IMG/VR virus record: IMGVR_UViG_3300008114_000027
Coordinates: 1-63,973 of that record
Origin: a virus
Lineage: Duplodnaviria > Caudoviricetes
DNA: 63,973 nucleotides
Strand: one strand, 5' to 3'
In this document: positions 17,105 to 26,330 of the stretch, one piece after another
Layout of the letters: every line of letters starts with the position of its first letter
How positions within the stretch are numbered: the stretch's first letter is position 1
Translations under genes and position numbers: made by a program
The notes under the pieces: model-generated
Seen by the model: the letters and a program-made list of their open reading frames with translations, nothing else
Databases searched by the model: none
What the model was told of the DNA's origin: nothing

Positions 17105-17629
17105 TTATCCGAATAGGTTTTCTTCCAACATAAGTAACTCAAACTTGCTGCCGGTGTTAACGCCGAGCAGCTTGTTTATCATGTCGCTGTACTCAGCAAC
17201 CGCCTCCTTCTGTTTAACTCTATAGTCTTGTAGGAAGTCGAAGACGCACAGGTCGCCGATCTTAAATATCTTTGCGCTTGTGTCCTCGTACTCCTCATAC
17301 AGGGCGTACTCTATATCATACGCCTTGCCTATGATGTCTGTCAACCCCATGAACATTAGGGTAGGCTTCTCAATAACCGGCAAGTCCGGGACCACGTTCC
17401 AGTCTATGAGGTAGTCCTCAATCTTCTTGGCGTGAGCCAGCTCGTCCGTGCTCTCCTTGGCAAAGAACTCGGCAGCCTTCATGAAGCCCACGTTCTTGCA
17501 CCAGTTAGATGCTGATCGGTAGAAGTAGTAGGCCTTGAACTCGTCGCTTAGCCTAGGTAGTAGGAGACTGATGACCTCCTCTGGTAGTTGTACTGGGGTT
17601 GGTAGCATATCTTTTTTTATATTGGACAC
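17105..17629 (-). CDS. Ferritin-like protein
   Basis: E..AYYFY.S...W....G....AEFF..ES.DE..HA.KI..YL pattern, plus EY.LYEEY and FLQDY..KQ.E ferroxidase-type helices. Confidence 0.85.
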   Translation of the reverse strand: MSNIKKDMLPTPVQLPEEVISLLLPRLSDEFKAYYFYRSASNWCKNVGFMKAAEFFAKESTDELAHAKKIEDYLIDWNVVPDLPVIEKPTLMFMGLTDIIGKAYDIEYALYEEYEDTSAKIFKIGDLCVFDFLQDYRVKQKEAVAEYSDMINKLLGVNTGSKFELLMLEENLFG

Positions 17630-20562
17630 TGGTCATTTTTAGATGCCAGCCCTTTGTCTTCTAATTGTTTGTAAATGTACGACATATTATCAATTATATA
17701 TTTAGCGGACGGGCTGTCTGCTAATATATTTTTCAGCTCTTCGTTAGCCTTACGCTTCTTCGCTCCACCCTCTGCCGCCTGCACCTTGTTGTATCCCTTC
17801 TCGTACTGCTTGAACTTATCCTCCACGTCTACCTTATCGGGTACGATCTGGCCGGTGTCCTGCATATCTGTACCCGCTTGGGATGTTTCTTTGAGGGATT
17901 GTTCTACTGCTTTTACAAGTTCGGGATTGCTACCATCTGCTTTGGCTTTATGATAGGCTTCGGCAAGGGATTGTGGCGTAACCTCTCTTAATGTTTCTCT
18001 TTTACCAACATAAGAGTCCGTGATGCCAAGGTGTTTCGCTTCAGGGTTGTTTTCTTTTATTATTATACCGTCAATATTCGTAGACTCTTTAACAATGTCG
18101 GCAGCGACCTCCCACACATAAAACACCACGTTACCAAATCCGCTATTTATGTTGTCATTCACAAAGGACGGAACTTCTATCCCTTCGCTTTCAAGGAGCT
18201 TTTTTATTTTATTGAAACTTGTTCTATTATTTAAACCACGAAGGTCTATATATTTTGAAGTGTCTATATTAAGTTCTTTTACACTACCCTTATTTGCACG
18301 AGAAAACCAAGAGGCGTATTTTTTGTTTTTTGTGTGATAGACTATAGGTTCAGAGTCAACGTCACCAACACCTCTATAAAACACGTCTGTTCCGATTAGC
18401 TTTTTCATTGCTTCGGGACTCCTTTTCACCAATTCTTTCAACGCCTTAGCCGTAGCTTCCACATCTCCCCCTACTACTGCTTCTGCCATAGCTTCTGCCT
18501 TTCCTTCAGACCATACCCACTCCGGTAAAAGCCCCGTCTTCTGTTCAGCAAATACCGTATCTTTAACTGTAGCCTTCCTGTTCTTTTCACCAAACGGACC
18601 GTAGTTCAGCCAGCTGTTTTGACCTCTGGTTTCAGTGGTTATGGCAGCAACTGCCGGACCTGTGAACAATCTAACGTGTGCCTGCCATGCGTTCTCTTCA
18701 CCCCTTGCTCTAAAGGCAGCACCTTCTAGTCCGTGACCGAACGCGTCGTGAACCGCACGGAACAAATCGTTTGCTGTTACGGATTGTTCTTTCCCGTTCT
18801 GATCCTTCCATTTAAGCCCGGTGTCTTGGAGCATAGGGTTGTCTTCAACATTAGCGCCAGTTATACCTTCCGTCCCGTAACCAGCATAGGTTCCGTACAC
18901 CGCCATCTTCTTGTTCTTTCGTAGATCACGCATGGCCTCTGATGGGTTTTCATTATACGGATCCGTTTCATCATCAAAGAAAGAGAACTCATATCCCGCC
19001 TCAGTCAGTGCATCATACTGATCTTTTGTCTGACGAATCAAATCATTATACGCCTCCAATACCTTAGGGTTCTTTGGATCGTGCTTCATTTTTTCGTACT
19101 CGTCAGCTATTCTTTTAGCCCTGTCTACGTCCACTGCAACATACTCCGCCTGTCTTGTAAACGGAATGCCAAACTTCTTGGCATAGTTATCAGCAACACT
19201 TACTAAGTTTGGATCAGGACCTGTCACCCCTTCAATCTTTGGAGCGCCCGGCAGCGGTTCAAACTTCCCTATACCCTTAGATGACTTTGTTTTTATACCT
19301 GCTTTAATAAACGGCACTTGCCCGTGACCAGCCTTACCTAATGCAGATCTCTCTTCCATCTCTGATAGAGGTGTGCCTTTAGAGTCTGTCATAAAATCTA
19401 AAAAGTTCAGCCTGTCCTTAAGCATGTGTATTTTAACCCGCTGACCATCCACTGTTTTCATAACGCCAGCGTAAGCAATGTGACGCCTTTCGCTAGGATC
19501 TTTAGATGACTCATCTTCTAGTTTTAACTTAGAAGGAATTTCAATAACCGCGTAAGCAGATTGAGACGGCACTTCAGAAATGAAACCCTCTTCTTGAATC
19601 TTACCAAAGCTGTCTATTATATCCTCTTTATTTTTAAGAGGGAATCCCAATTTCTTACTTAACGATTCAAAGTTTATAAGATCTCCGTTTGATTTTTTAT
19701 CAAATATATTCTTTATCAAATTTGTAACAACTTGCTTTCTCTTTTCAAAAGATGAAAACTCAGCTTTCATAAACAAATCTTTAATCGATTTGTGCATATC
19801 TTTTCCGCTGATGTTCATTGGAAACAAATCCTTACCAGTGTATCCGCTTGTTTTAACAGCGCTTGACATCGCGTTCCTAAAAACAGATAACGGAATATCC
19901 CCGTCTTCCACCATGTAAGCTATTGTGTCTACAGTTGCAATCATTCCATCAACACTGCTGAGAACCTTCCTGTTAGACCCCTTGCTAACAACCACATACA
20001 CAGGAGGTCCGTTCTTATCGATGGCATCATTTACTTGTTTGATTATACTTCTGGCAATTTGAGGGGTGGACGCCCAAAAAGTACCGTCGTCATTAAATTT
20101 AACCGCGAAGTATATTCCGCCATTACCCTGAAGCACAACCCTGTCCTTGCTTCCTTTTGGCTGTTTAGTTTTCTCGTCGTAAACTATTTCTTTACCAAAG
20201 GATAAATCGCCTACCATTTTATTGTCGGGAACCATCGTAAAAACATTATCAGACCAAGCAAATGAAAACACATCAGCGTTATCTACGATGTAACCCTCCT
20301 CCCTTAACTTATCTAACTTAGTTTTACCTTGCTCATCGGTTAGATCAGCAAATAAGTTTACATTAAACTTACCGCCTACAGAGGACTTTGCTTTAAAAGT
20401 TTTTACAGTATCAACCACCTCCCTTCCTTCCTGCGCCTCAACCTTTGGAGTTTGGTCATACTCGGCAAGTATGTTCCTGTACTCACCGCCCGCAAGCAAC
20501 GACATGAACTCTTCCCTAGTGTAGGTCTTGTTGTTGTATATGTACTTACATCCCTTCGGCAT
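17617..20562 (-). CDS. Large multidomain putative ejected protein, 981 aa
   Basis: FRAVHDAFGH...GEENAW...ETRGQNSW domain, ART-like FYRG...YHT.N..YA segment, and AT-rich internal blocks. Confidence 0.65.
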   Translation of the reverse strand: MPKGCKYIYNNKTYTREEFMSLLAGGEYRNILAEYDQTPKVEAQEGREVVDTVKTFKAKSSVGGKFNVNLFADLTDEQGKTKLDKLREEGYIVDNADVFSFAWSDNVFTMVPDNKMVGDLSFGKEIVYDEKTKQPKGSKDRVVLQGNGGIYFAVKFNDDGTFWASTPQIARSIIKQVNDAIDKNGPPVYVVVSKGSNRKVLSSVDGMIATVDTIAYMVEDGDIPLSVFRNAMSSAVKTSGYTGKDLFPMNISGKDMHKSIKDLFMKAEFSSFEKRKQVVTNLIKNIFDKKSNGDLINFESLSKKLGFPLKNKEDIIDSFGKIQEEGFISEVPSQSAYAVIEIPSKLKLEDESSKDPSERRHIAYAGVMKTVDGQRVKIHMLKDRLNFLDFMTDSKGTPLSEMEERSALGKAGHGQVPFIKAGIKTKSSKGIGKFEPLPGAPKIEGVTGPDPNLVSVADNYAKKFGIPFTRQAEYVAVDVDRAKRIADEYEKMKHDPKNPKVLEAYNDLIRQTKDQYDALTEAGYEFSFFDDETDPYNENPSEAMRDLRKNKKMAVYGTYAGYGTEGITGANVEDNPMLQDTGLKWKDQNGKEQSVTANDLFRAVHDAFGHGLEGAAFRARGEENAWQAHVRLFTGPAVAAITTETRGQNSWLNYGPFGEKNRKATVKDTVFAEQKTGLLPEWVWSEGKAEAMAEAVVGGDVEATAKALKELVKRSPEAMKKLIGTDVFYRGVGDVDSEPIVYHTKNKKYASWFSRANKGSVKELNIDTSKYIDLRGLNNRTSFNKIKKLLESEGIEVPSFVNDNINSGFGNVVFYVWEVAADIVKESTNIDGIIIKENNPEAKHLGITDSYVGKRETLREVTPQSLAEAYHKAKADGSNPELVKAVEQSLKETSQAGTDMQDTGQIVPDKVDVEDKFKQYEKGYNKVQAAEGGAKKRKANEELKNILADSPSAKYIIDNMSYIYKQLEDKGLASKNDQCPI

Positions 20563-20574
20563 ACTTGTATCTTT

Positions 20575-23500
20575 TTAGAGTTCGCAATTTACTTTTAATT
20601 TTCCTTCCTTCACCATAGCCTTCTCAATTTTATCGAAGTTATCTATGATAAAGTCTAGGTCAGGGTTGGTCGCCGCGATCTGGTCGCGTAACCTGCCAGC
20701 CATGATCCTGTCGTCAACGCTCATGGCCGATGCCTGTGCCGCGTCAACGCCTGCTATCTGGGACGCAGACCTTCTAGACTGCTCCCTAACCTTAGCCTTG
20801 CTAACTGGCCTTGACTTTGCCAACTCCTTGGCGCGTTCCTTTGCCAGCCTCTTGCCAGCCTGTAGGTCGATAGCCCTGCCGGCAGCTAGTCCAGATGCCA
20901 TCGCGTTGATGAACTCGACCACATCCTTCTTCGTGGCGCGGTCGCTGAACACGTTCATGCCAGACACTGACCTGAACACGCTGTTCACTATGTCCTTGAA
21001 CTTGTCGACAAGGGTGGTTGGAAGTTCAAGCTCTTTATCCGTCACCGCAAGCTGGGCGGTAAGCTCTGTTATGAACTCCTCGGGAGACGATTCTTTGTTG
21101 TAGTTTTCTTCCGCCCACTTCTTCAACCGGTCGATAGTAGACCCCTCAAACATCTCAAGGACCTTGTCCCTAAACTTAGCATAAACCTCCGGGTCTTGAC
21201 CGAACACCTCGAGCAGGACGTTGTGCACGAACTCGTGCGGTGCTACGGCAGCGTCGGCGTTCTCCATGTTAATGTATATGCCGTACACGTTCCCGTCCTC
21301 GTCGTAAGCAAACGCCCCGCCCTCCTTTGGGTTAAAGTCTTCGTTTCTGCCCTGAGCAACTAACGCGTCGTGCATCTCCCTTGCTGTCTCGAATACAAAC
21401 ACCGGGGTGTCCTTGCCAAATGTTTTTCTGAACGCGCGTGCCGCCTTGTCTAGGTACTCAAGCACCGCCGCCTTCGGCTGTCCCTTGTACTTATCTTTAA
21501 GCTCAGTCTTGCGAGATGGTGTATACTCCCCCGGTTTAGTCGTCGCCGTCTCTGCTACGGGCTGCTGCTTTTCAGCTGCCTTTGGTATTGTAAACGCTTC
21601 AGTTGTAGCTATAGGTTTGATTACATCGCTATCACTAAAGTCCGGGTAAATGTTTTTAAAATTCTCCTTCGCCTGTTTTTCTAATATCTCTACGATATTA
21701 CTTGGAGTGTTTTCATTCAACTCATATGAAGCAAAGGAATAGTTGTCTCGGCCTGCCGTCTTATTCTTTCTTGATGTTGCTAATTTAAGGCCGACTACTA
21801 CATACTTTTTACCACCCTGTTTTACAACCGTGGCAAAGGATGCTTTCTTTTGAACGAGGGCCGCTACTTTTTTAGAAGATTTTGGATTGAACTCTGCGCC
21901 TTTAGACGCCTGCTCTATAGCCTCCTTCTCTTCACGGATCATGCCGACCGCCTCCTCTGGGGTGGCGCCCATCTGTACAAAGGCCGTCGCCGTGTCGAGG
22001 TCATCTCCCTCAAGCGTGTCGTCGAACTCTATCACAGACATCATGGCGTCGTCGTATGCCGCCGCGTTGTCCGTCTCCTCCTCTATTGTTATAGCAGGCG
22101 CGCCGTCGAAGTCTACTTCTTGCGTGCCTTGAACCACTCCACTTGGTGTAGTCGTCTCTGTGCCTGTTCCTTGGTCAGGTTGGTTTTGGACAGTGGTTTG
22201 TTGTCCTCCGACACCACCTGATACCCCTTGCTTGTTTTTCTGATCATCTGATTTTAGGTATGGTTGTTCTACATTAAACTCTTTACTTACCTCCTCGAAC
22301 ACGGTGTCGAACATAGCCTGAGGCGCAAGGCCTATGGTCTGCTCTGCTGCCTTGAGACCCACGTCGACGCTGAGGTCGTCGTCCATGATGGACAGGGTGT
22401 CGCCGTTCGGCAGCTTCATGTTAGCCACGTTGTTCTGGTCAGGCGCCCATGACGGGTTGCTCTCCGTGTTAACGAACTCGGCGTTAGAGTCGATGTCCTC
22501 CTGAGATCCTACAACGACAGCACCCTTGCGGCCTGCCCTGTTGTTGGTACCCTCAGGGACAAACACGTAGTTGCCCTCTGGTATGGTGTCGCCGACGTTG
22601 TCGACCATCTTACCATCGGACATCTTCATCGTGCCCTTCATGCCGTTGTACGCTACGGGTATTCCTTCGGCAGCTGCTGTTCTGACGGGGTTGGCTGCTC
22701 GTTCATTTGCTGCTCTAGCCTTCTCAATAGTTCCAGCTGCGCGGGCTTGGGTAGCTGTGCTACTTTTAGTCTTCGATCTATACTCATAGTTTTCTATTTT
22801 TTGAATCCTTTCTTCTATCACCCGAGACATGCTCAGCTTCTGTTGGTCTGTAAGATCCTCCCTCTTGTCGATGTCGTCCAGCAAGGTGTACAGGTTGTCC
22901 TCTGCGGTGGCGATGTCCTTGTCGTTGACAAACTCTTCGCCCTCCATCATCGTCTCCACCTTGCCTACTGTAGGGTACACGGTTGTTACCAAGCCTGACA
23001 TTACATCTGTCCCAACATCTGTAGGCTCTGGGGCTGGCTGAGCTGCCGTCTCTTTAATTATCTTGTCCTGCTCGTATATAGACATGATCTCTTTGTCGAT
23101 GCTTTCGATATCCTCCTTGTCTAATGGAAGCAGGCCAGTCTCTTTACGTGCGTCTACAATGCTATTCTTTAACTGAATAAGGTTGAACACCCTGTCCTTG
23201 TTATCTCCTGTAAGCTCTGCGTATGACGGTATATTGTTCAGCTCGTTGGCTAATTTTGTTAGCTCACCAAGGTCCTTCATCTCCTCTACCGTGGCACCAG
23301 AGTTTGCCCAAGCCACCTGAATATCGGCGCCGTTCTCCCCCATGTTTCTCAAGGTAGCCTGCTCCTGTGGTGTTCTGTACTTGGTACCAAACTTCATCAC
23401 GCCCAAGAACGCAGGAGGAAGTGATCCGGAAATTCCACTCTCAACAACAGCGCTCATGTTCCACCCCGCGTGAAGTACCTCCCTTCCAACAACACCGTTG

Positions 23501-26328
23501 ACAGCGTTGTTTACTGCTTGGTTCAACACCTCGGATGCGGACTCTTCCAGAAATTCTGGGGCAGCCTCGTTGAATATACTCTTAACATACTGTGGTGCCC
23601 AAGCGGTCACCCCATCCTCAAACCCTTTCTCTCTGATCAGGCTGCCTAAGCTATACCTCTGCGCAGGGTTGAAGACGTCGATCTCGTTGAATAAGCTCTC
23701 GCCTATTCCACTCATGACGCCCACCATGTTAGCTACCACACCAGCTTCTTGCTCGCTCATGCCGCTCTTTAGCGCCTGTCTGTAGGCGTCGCCTTGGCTC
23801 ATAAGGTAACCCTGCATAAATCCGGAGGTGACCTGAGCCGCCTTCATCATCTTCGCCCCGCCGCTCAATCCCTTCACAGCAAGTCCGCCCACGCCACCAA
23901 ACAATATGCTTGTCGCGTAAGAACCAAAAGCCTCAGCCGTCTTGTTCATAAACTTAAAGGCTGAGCTACCCTCTGTAATGCTAGTACCTGACTCTGAGAA
24001 TATAGTATTCAAGTCAGTGCTAAAGTCATATAATCTTTCAGCAAAAACTTCTACAGCCGCGTTTGATCCAGCGCCACCTAACGCCTCAAGGGTTACCTTT
24101 GGCGCCTGAGCAATACTGAAAACTGAAGTGGCTAGCGCTGATCCCATGGTGTCAAACAAGACACCTGCCTTTTCGCTGTACGTCCCCTCCTTTGCTATCC
24201 TATTCCTTTCTGCCTTTGATTTCTCGTAAAAATCCTTTTGTATATTAGATCTCCAATAGTCTTTATCTATAAACTCGTATGCCAGCTTAGACTGACCAAG
24301 AGAAGTGTAGGTATTATTTAAGCTGTTCAGCTTGTCTTCGGTAACGCCAGTGGTCTGCTGTACCTTATCATAATCCTTAGTCAGCGTGTTGTACTGCTCG
24401 TAAAGCCCTTGAAGTTTCTTACTGTTCACTCCCGGTACAAGGTTGCCGTTCTCGTCAAAGATAGAAGAGTACCTTGACTGGACCTCTTTAGCTTTCTCTG
24501 ACGCTATGTTGTACTGATCGATAAGTTCTTGAGCCTTTACTGCCTCGGTCGGGTTCAGGTCCTGCCTCATCGATCCGTCCTGCGCCATGAATGGCTTAAG
24601 CTGCGCTTCAATATTTTGAAGCCCTTGACCTATAGGGGTCATCTCGTCCTTGTACTTGTTGTACTTGACTATGTTCTCGTCGCCAGAAATGTTCAACAGC
24701 TTTGACTGGTCCTTGATCTGCTTCTCTACATTCTTCATGTCGTATAGCATACGCTGACCGTCAAGCTGGAATGTTCTCATGTCCATGGTAGACTCGATAT
24801 CACGAGCCGCCTTGAGATCGCTAAGCTGTCTAAACTGTAGCGCCTCCTTTGTAAACGAGCTTGCAAAATCCTCCTCCTCATAAGACAATTGCTGACCGTT
24901 GTTTCTCTTGTAGTCTATCTCGTCCATTCGACTCTTGTACTGAGAATATCTTGACGGGTTAGTCCCGTTAAGGTACATCATAAAGTCGCTCTCTAATGTT
25001 CTAAACGCCCTGTCAACGTTGCCCTCTGCTCTTAGTTCAGATATAAGACCGCCGCCCTTCTTCTTCGACTCAAGCAATAGCTCGTCTAGGTTTATATTTT
25101 TAAATGCATTGGGCGCATACTTTTGGTATTCAGCAACCTCCTGCATTTTTTTAGAGTGCATGTCGCGCATAGCCTGAACAGACATACCCCTAACCACTGG
25201 AGAGTCTGGGTCTAGATTTATTTCAGACGCCAGCTTAGACCTCTCCTGTATTTTGTAAACATCAAATTGTGAGTACAGGTCTGGCACGTCCTGCAATATT
25301 GTACGAGGTTTTTTATAGTCGTACTCTGTATCACCTATAGTAGGTACATAACCCGGAGAGTATATACCCTTGTCTAACTCATCCTGTCTCTCAGCTAAAG
25401 CGTCAAGATCTTTCTTAGCGCCGGCCAATTTTTTTTCTGCACCAACCTCTCCCGCTTTTACTTGAGACTCATACAGCCTGACCTCTTTTTCTTTGTCGGC
25501 GGTAAGCTCTGTAATCTTTGTGCGACTCAGAGCTTCTGTTGACTCGTCCAAGGGCATGGTAGATGCCAAGGAAGGGTTGATATAATACAGCTGCTTGTTA
25601 AGTAACTCTATCTTCTTTTGATATAGACTAGATATAGGGCCGCCCTCACGCTTAGACATTGCGTCTCCGTTAGATTCCAGCTGCCTAATCTTGCTGTCTA
25701 TTTTTAATATCTCTCGGTCCATAGAGGCAACCTTAGCCACGGCCTCACCAGAAATTCCCTTTAGATTATCAGCTACTGTGCGCTGCATATTAGCTGACTC
25801 TTTCTGCAAGTCAGGAACCTTAAGAGACATGGTGCCGGTCGGCGTGTACGTGCCAGATGGAATATCTTTCTTTTTTACATCGCCTTGATTTTTACCAACC
25901 GCCTGCTGAGACTTCTTTAGTTTTATAAGCTGCTGATTCTCCTGATCGGTGAGCCAGTTACTGTTTGTCTTTAGCGCGCTCTCGTACTTGGACTGGAGGC
26001 GGTCGATCTCCTGCTGTACAGGGTCAGACGTTGCGCCACTCGGTTCTGAAGGCTCGGGCTGCTGCGCTGATTGAGCGCTTGAGCTTGCCGCACCACTGCC
26101 CGAAGGTGAGGCGGGTTGCTTTCCCAAGCCGTACTTAGTTGTGATAGCGTTGTACCTCTCGTCCGTCAGCTCTTGGTCTGGGGCATACTTAGCATAGAAG
26201 TCAAGGAGTAACTGCCTGTCGTTACCCATATACTTGGCGTCAATAGCGGCCAATCTTTCGTCCGTTAATTCCTCGTCCGGCGCATACTTCGTGTAGAAGT
26301 CCTGCAGTAACTGTTTTCTATCTGGCAT
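20575..26328 (-). CDS. Giant putative ejected protein with zincin-like motif, 1917 aa
   Basis: PHEFVH followed by EEFITE near the C-terminus; Gly/Ala-rich hydrophobic mid-region; N-terminal tandem repeat. Confidence 0.7.
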   Translation of the reverse strand: MPDRKQLLQDFYTKYAPDEELTDERLAAIDAKYMGNDRQLLLDFYAKYAPDQELTDERYNAITTKYGLGKQPASPSGSGAASSSAQSAQQPEPSEPSGATSDPVQQEIDRLQSKYESALKTNSNWLTDQENQQLIKLKKSQQAVGKNQGDVKKKDIPSGTYTPTGTMSLKVPDLQKESANMQRTVADNLKGISGEAVAKVASMDREILKIDSKIRQLESNGDAMSKREGGPISSLYQKKIELLNKQLYYINPSLASTMPLDESTEALSRTKITELTADKEKEVRLYESQVKAGEVGAEKKLAGAKKDLDALAERQDELDKGIYSPGYVPTIGDTEYDYKKPRTILQDVPDLYSQFDVYKIQERSKLASEINLDPDSPVVRGMSVQAMRDMHSKKMQEVAEYQKYAPNAFKNINLDELLLESKKKGGGLISELRAEGNVDRAFRTLESDFMMYLNGTNPSRYSQYKSRMDEIDYKRNNGQQLSYEEEDFASSFTKEALQFRQLSDLKAARDIESTMDMRTFQLDGQRMLYDMKNVEKQIKDQSKLLNISGDENIVKYNKYKDEMTPIGQGLQNIEAQLKPFMAQDGSMRQDLNPTEAVKAQELIDQYNIASEKAKEVQSRYSSIFDENGNLVPGVNSKKLQGLYEQYNTLTKDYDKVQQTTGVTEDKLNSLNNTYTSLGQSKLAYEFIDKDYWRSNIQKDFYEKSKAERNRIAKEGTYSEKAGVLFDTMGSALATSVFSIAQAPKVTLEALGGAGSNAAVEVFAERLYDFSTDLNTIFSESGTSITEGSSAFKFMNKTAEAFGSYATSILFGGVGGLAVKGLSGGAKMMKAAQVTSGFMQGYLMSQGDAYRQALKSGMSEQEAGVVANMVGVMSGIGESLFNEIDVFNPAQRYSLGSLIREKGFEDGVTAWAPQYVKSIFNEAAPEFLEESASEVLNQAVNNAVNGVVGREVLHAGWNMSAVVESGISGSLPPAFLGVMKFGTKYRTPQEQATLRNMGENGADIQVAWANSGATVEEMKDLGELTKLANELNNIPSYAELTGDNKDRVFNLIQLKNSIVDARKETGLLPLDKEDIESIDKEIMSIYEQDKIIKETAAQPAPEPTDVGTDVMSGLVTTVYPTVGKVETMMEGEEFVNDKDIATAEDNLYTLLDDIDKREDLTDQQKLSMSRVIEERIQKIENYEYRSKTKSSTATQARAAGTIEKARAANERAANPVRTAAAEGIPVAYNGMKGTMKMSDGKMVDNVGDTIPEGNYVFVPEGTNNRAGRKGAVVVGSQEDIDSNAEFVNTESNPSWAPDQNNVANMKLPNGDTLSIMDDDLSVDVGLKAAEQTIGLAPQAMFDTVFEEVSKEFNVEQPYLKSDDQKNKQGVSGGVGGQQTTVQNQPDQGTGTETTTPSGVVQGTQEVDFDGAPAITIEEETDNAAAYDDAMMSVIEFDDTLEGDDLDTATAFVQMGATPEEAVGMIREEKEAIEQASKGAEFNPKSSKKVAALVQKKASFATVVKQGGKKYVVVGLKLATSRKNKTAGRDNYSFASYELNENTPSNIVEILEKQAKENFKNIYPDFSDSDVIKPIATTEAFTIPKAAEKQQPVAETATTKPGEYTPSRKTELKDKYKGQPKAAVLEYLDKAARAFRKTFGKDTPVFVFETAREMHDALVAQGRNEDFNPKEGGAFAYDEDGNVYGIYINMENADAAVAPHEFVHNVLLEVFGQDPEVYAKFRDKVLEMFEGSTIDRLKKWAEENYNKESSPEEFITELTAQLAVTDKELELPTTLVDKFKDIVNSVFRSVSGMNVFSDRATKKDVVEFINAMASGLAAGRAIDLQAGKRLAKERAKELAKSRPVSKAKVREQSRRSASQIAGVDAAQASAMSVDDRIMAGRLRDQIAATNPDLDFIIDNFDKIEKAMVKEGKLKVNCEL

Positions 26329-26330
26329 AA

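Noticed and set aside
20575-20600. Intein suggested by terminal Asn-Cys (KVNCEL) and Cys-starting next protein
   Set aside because: No intein blocks (TxxH, penultimate His) and the order is wrong for a split intein.
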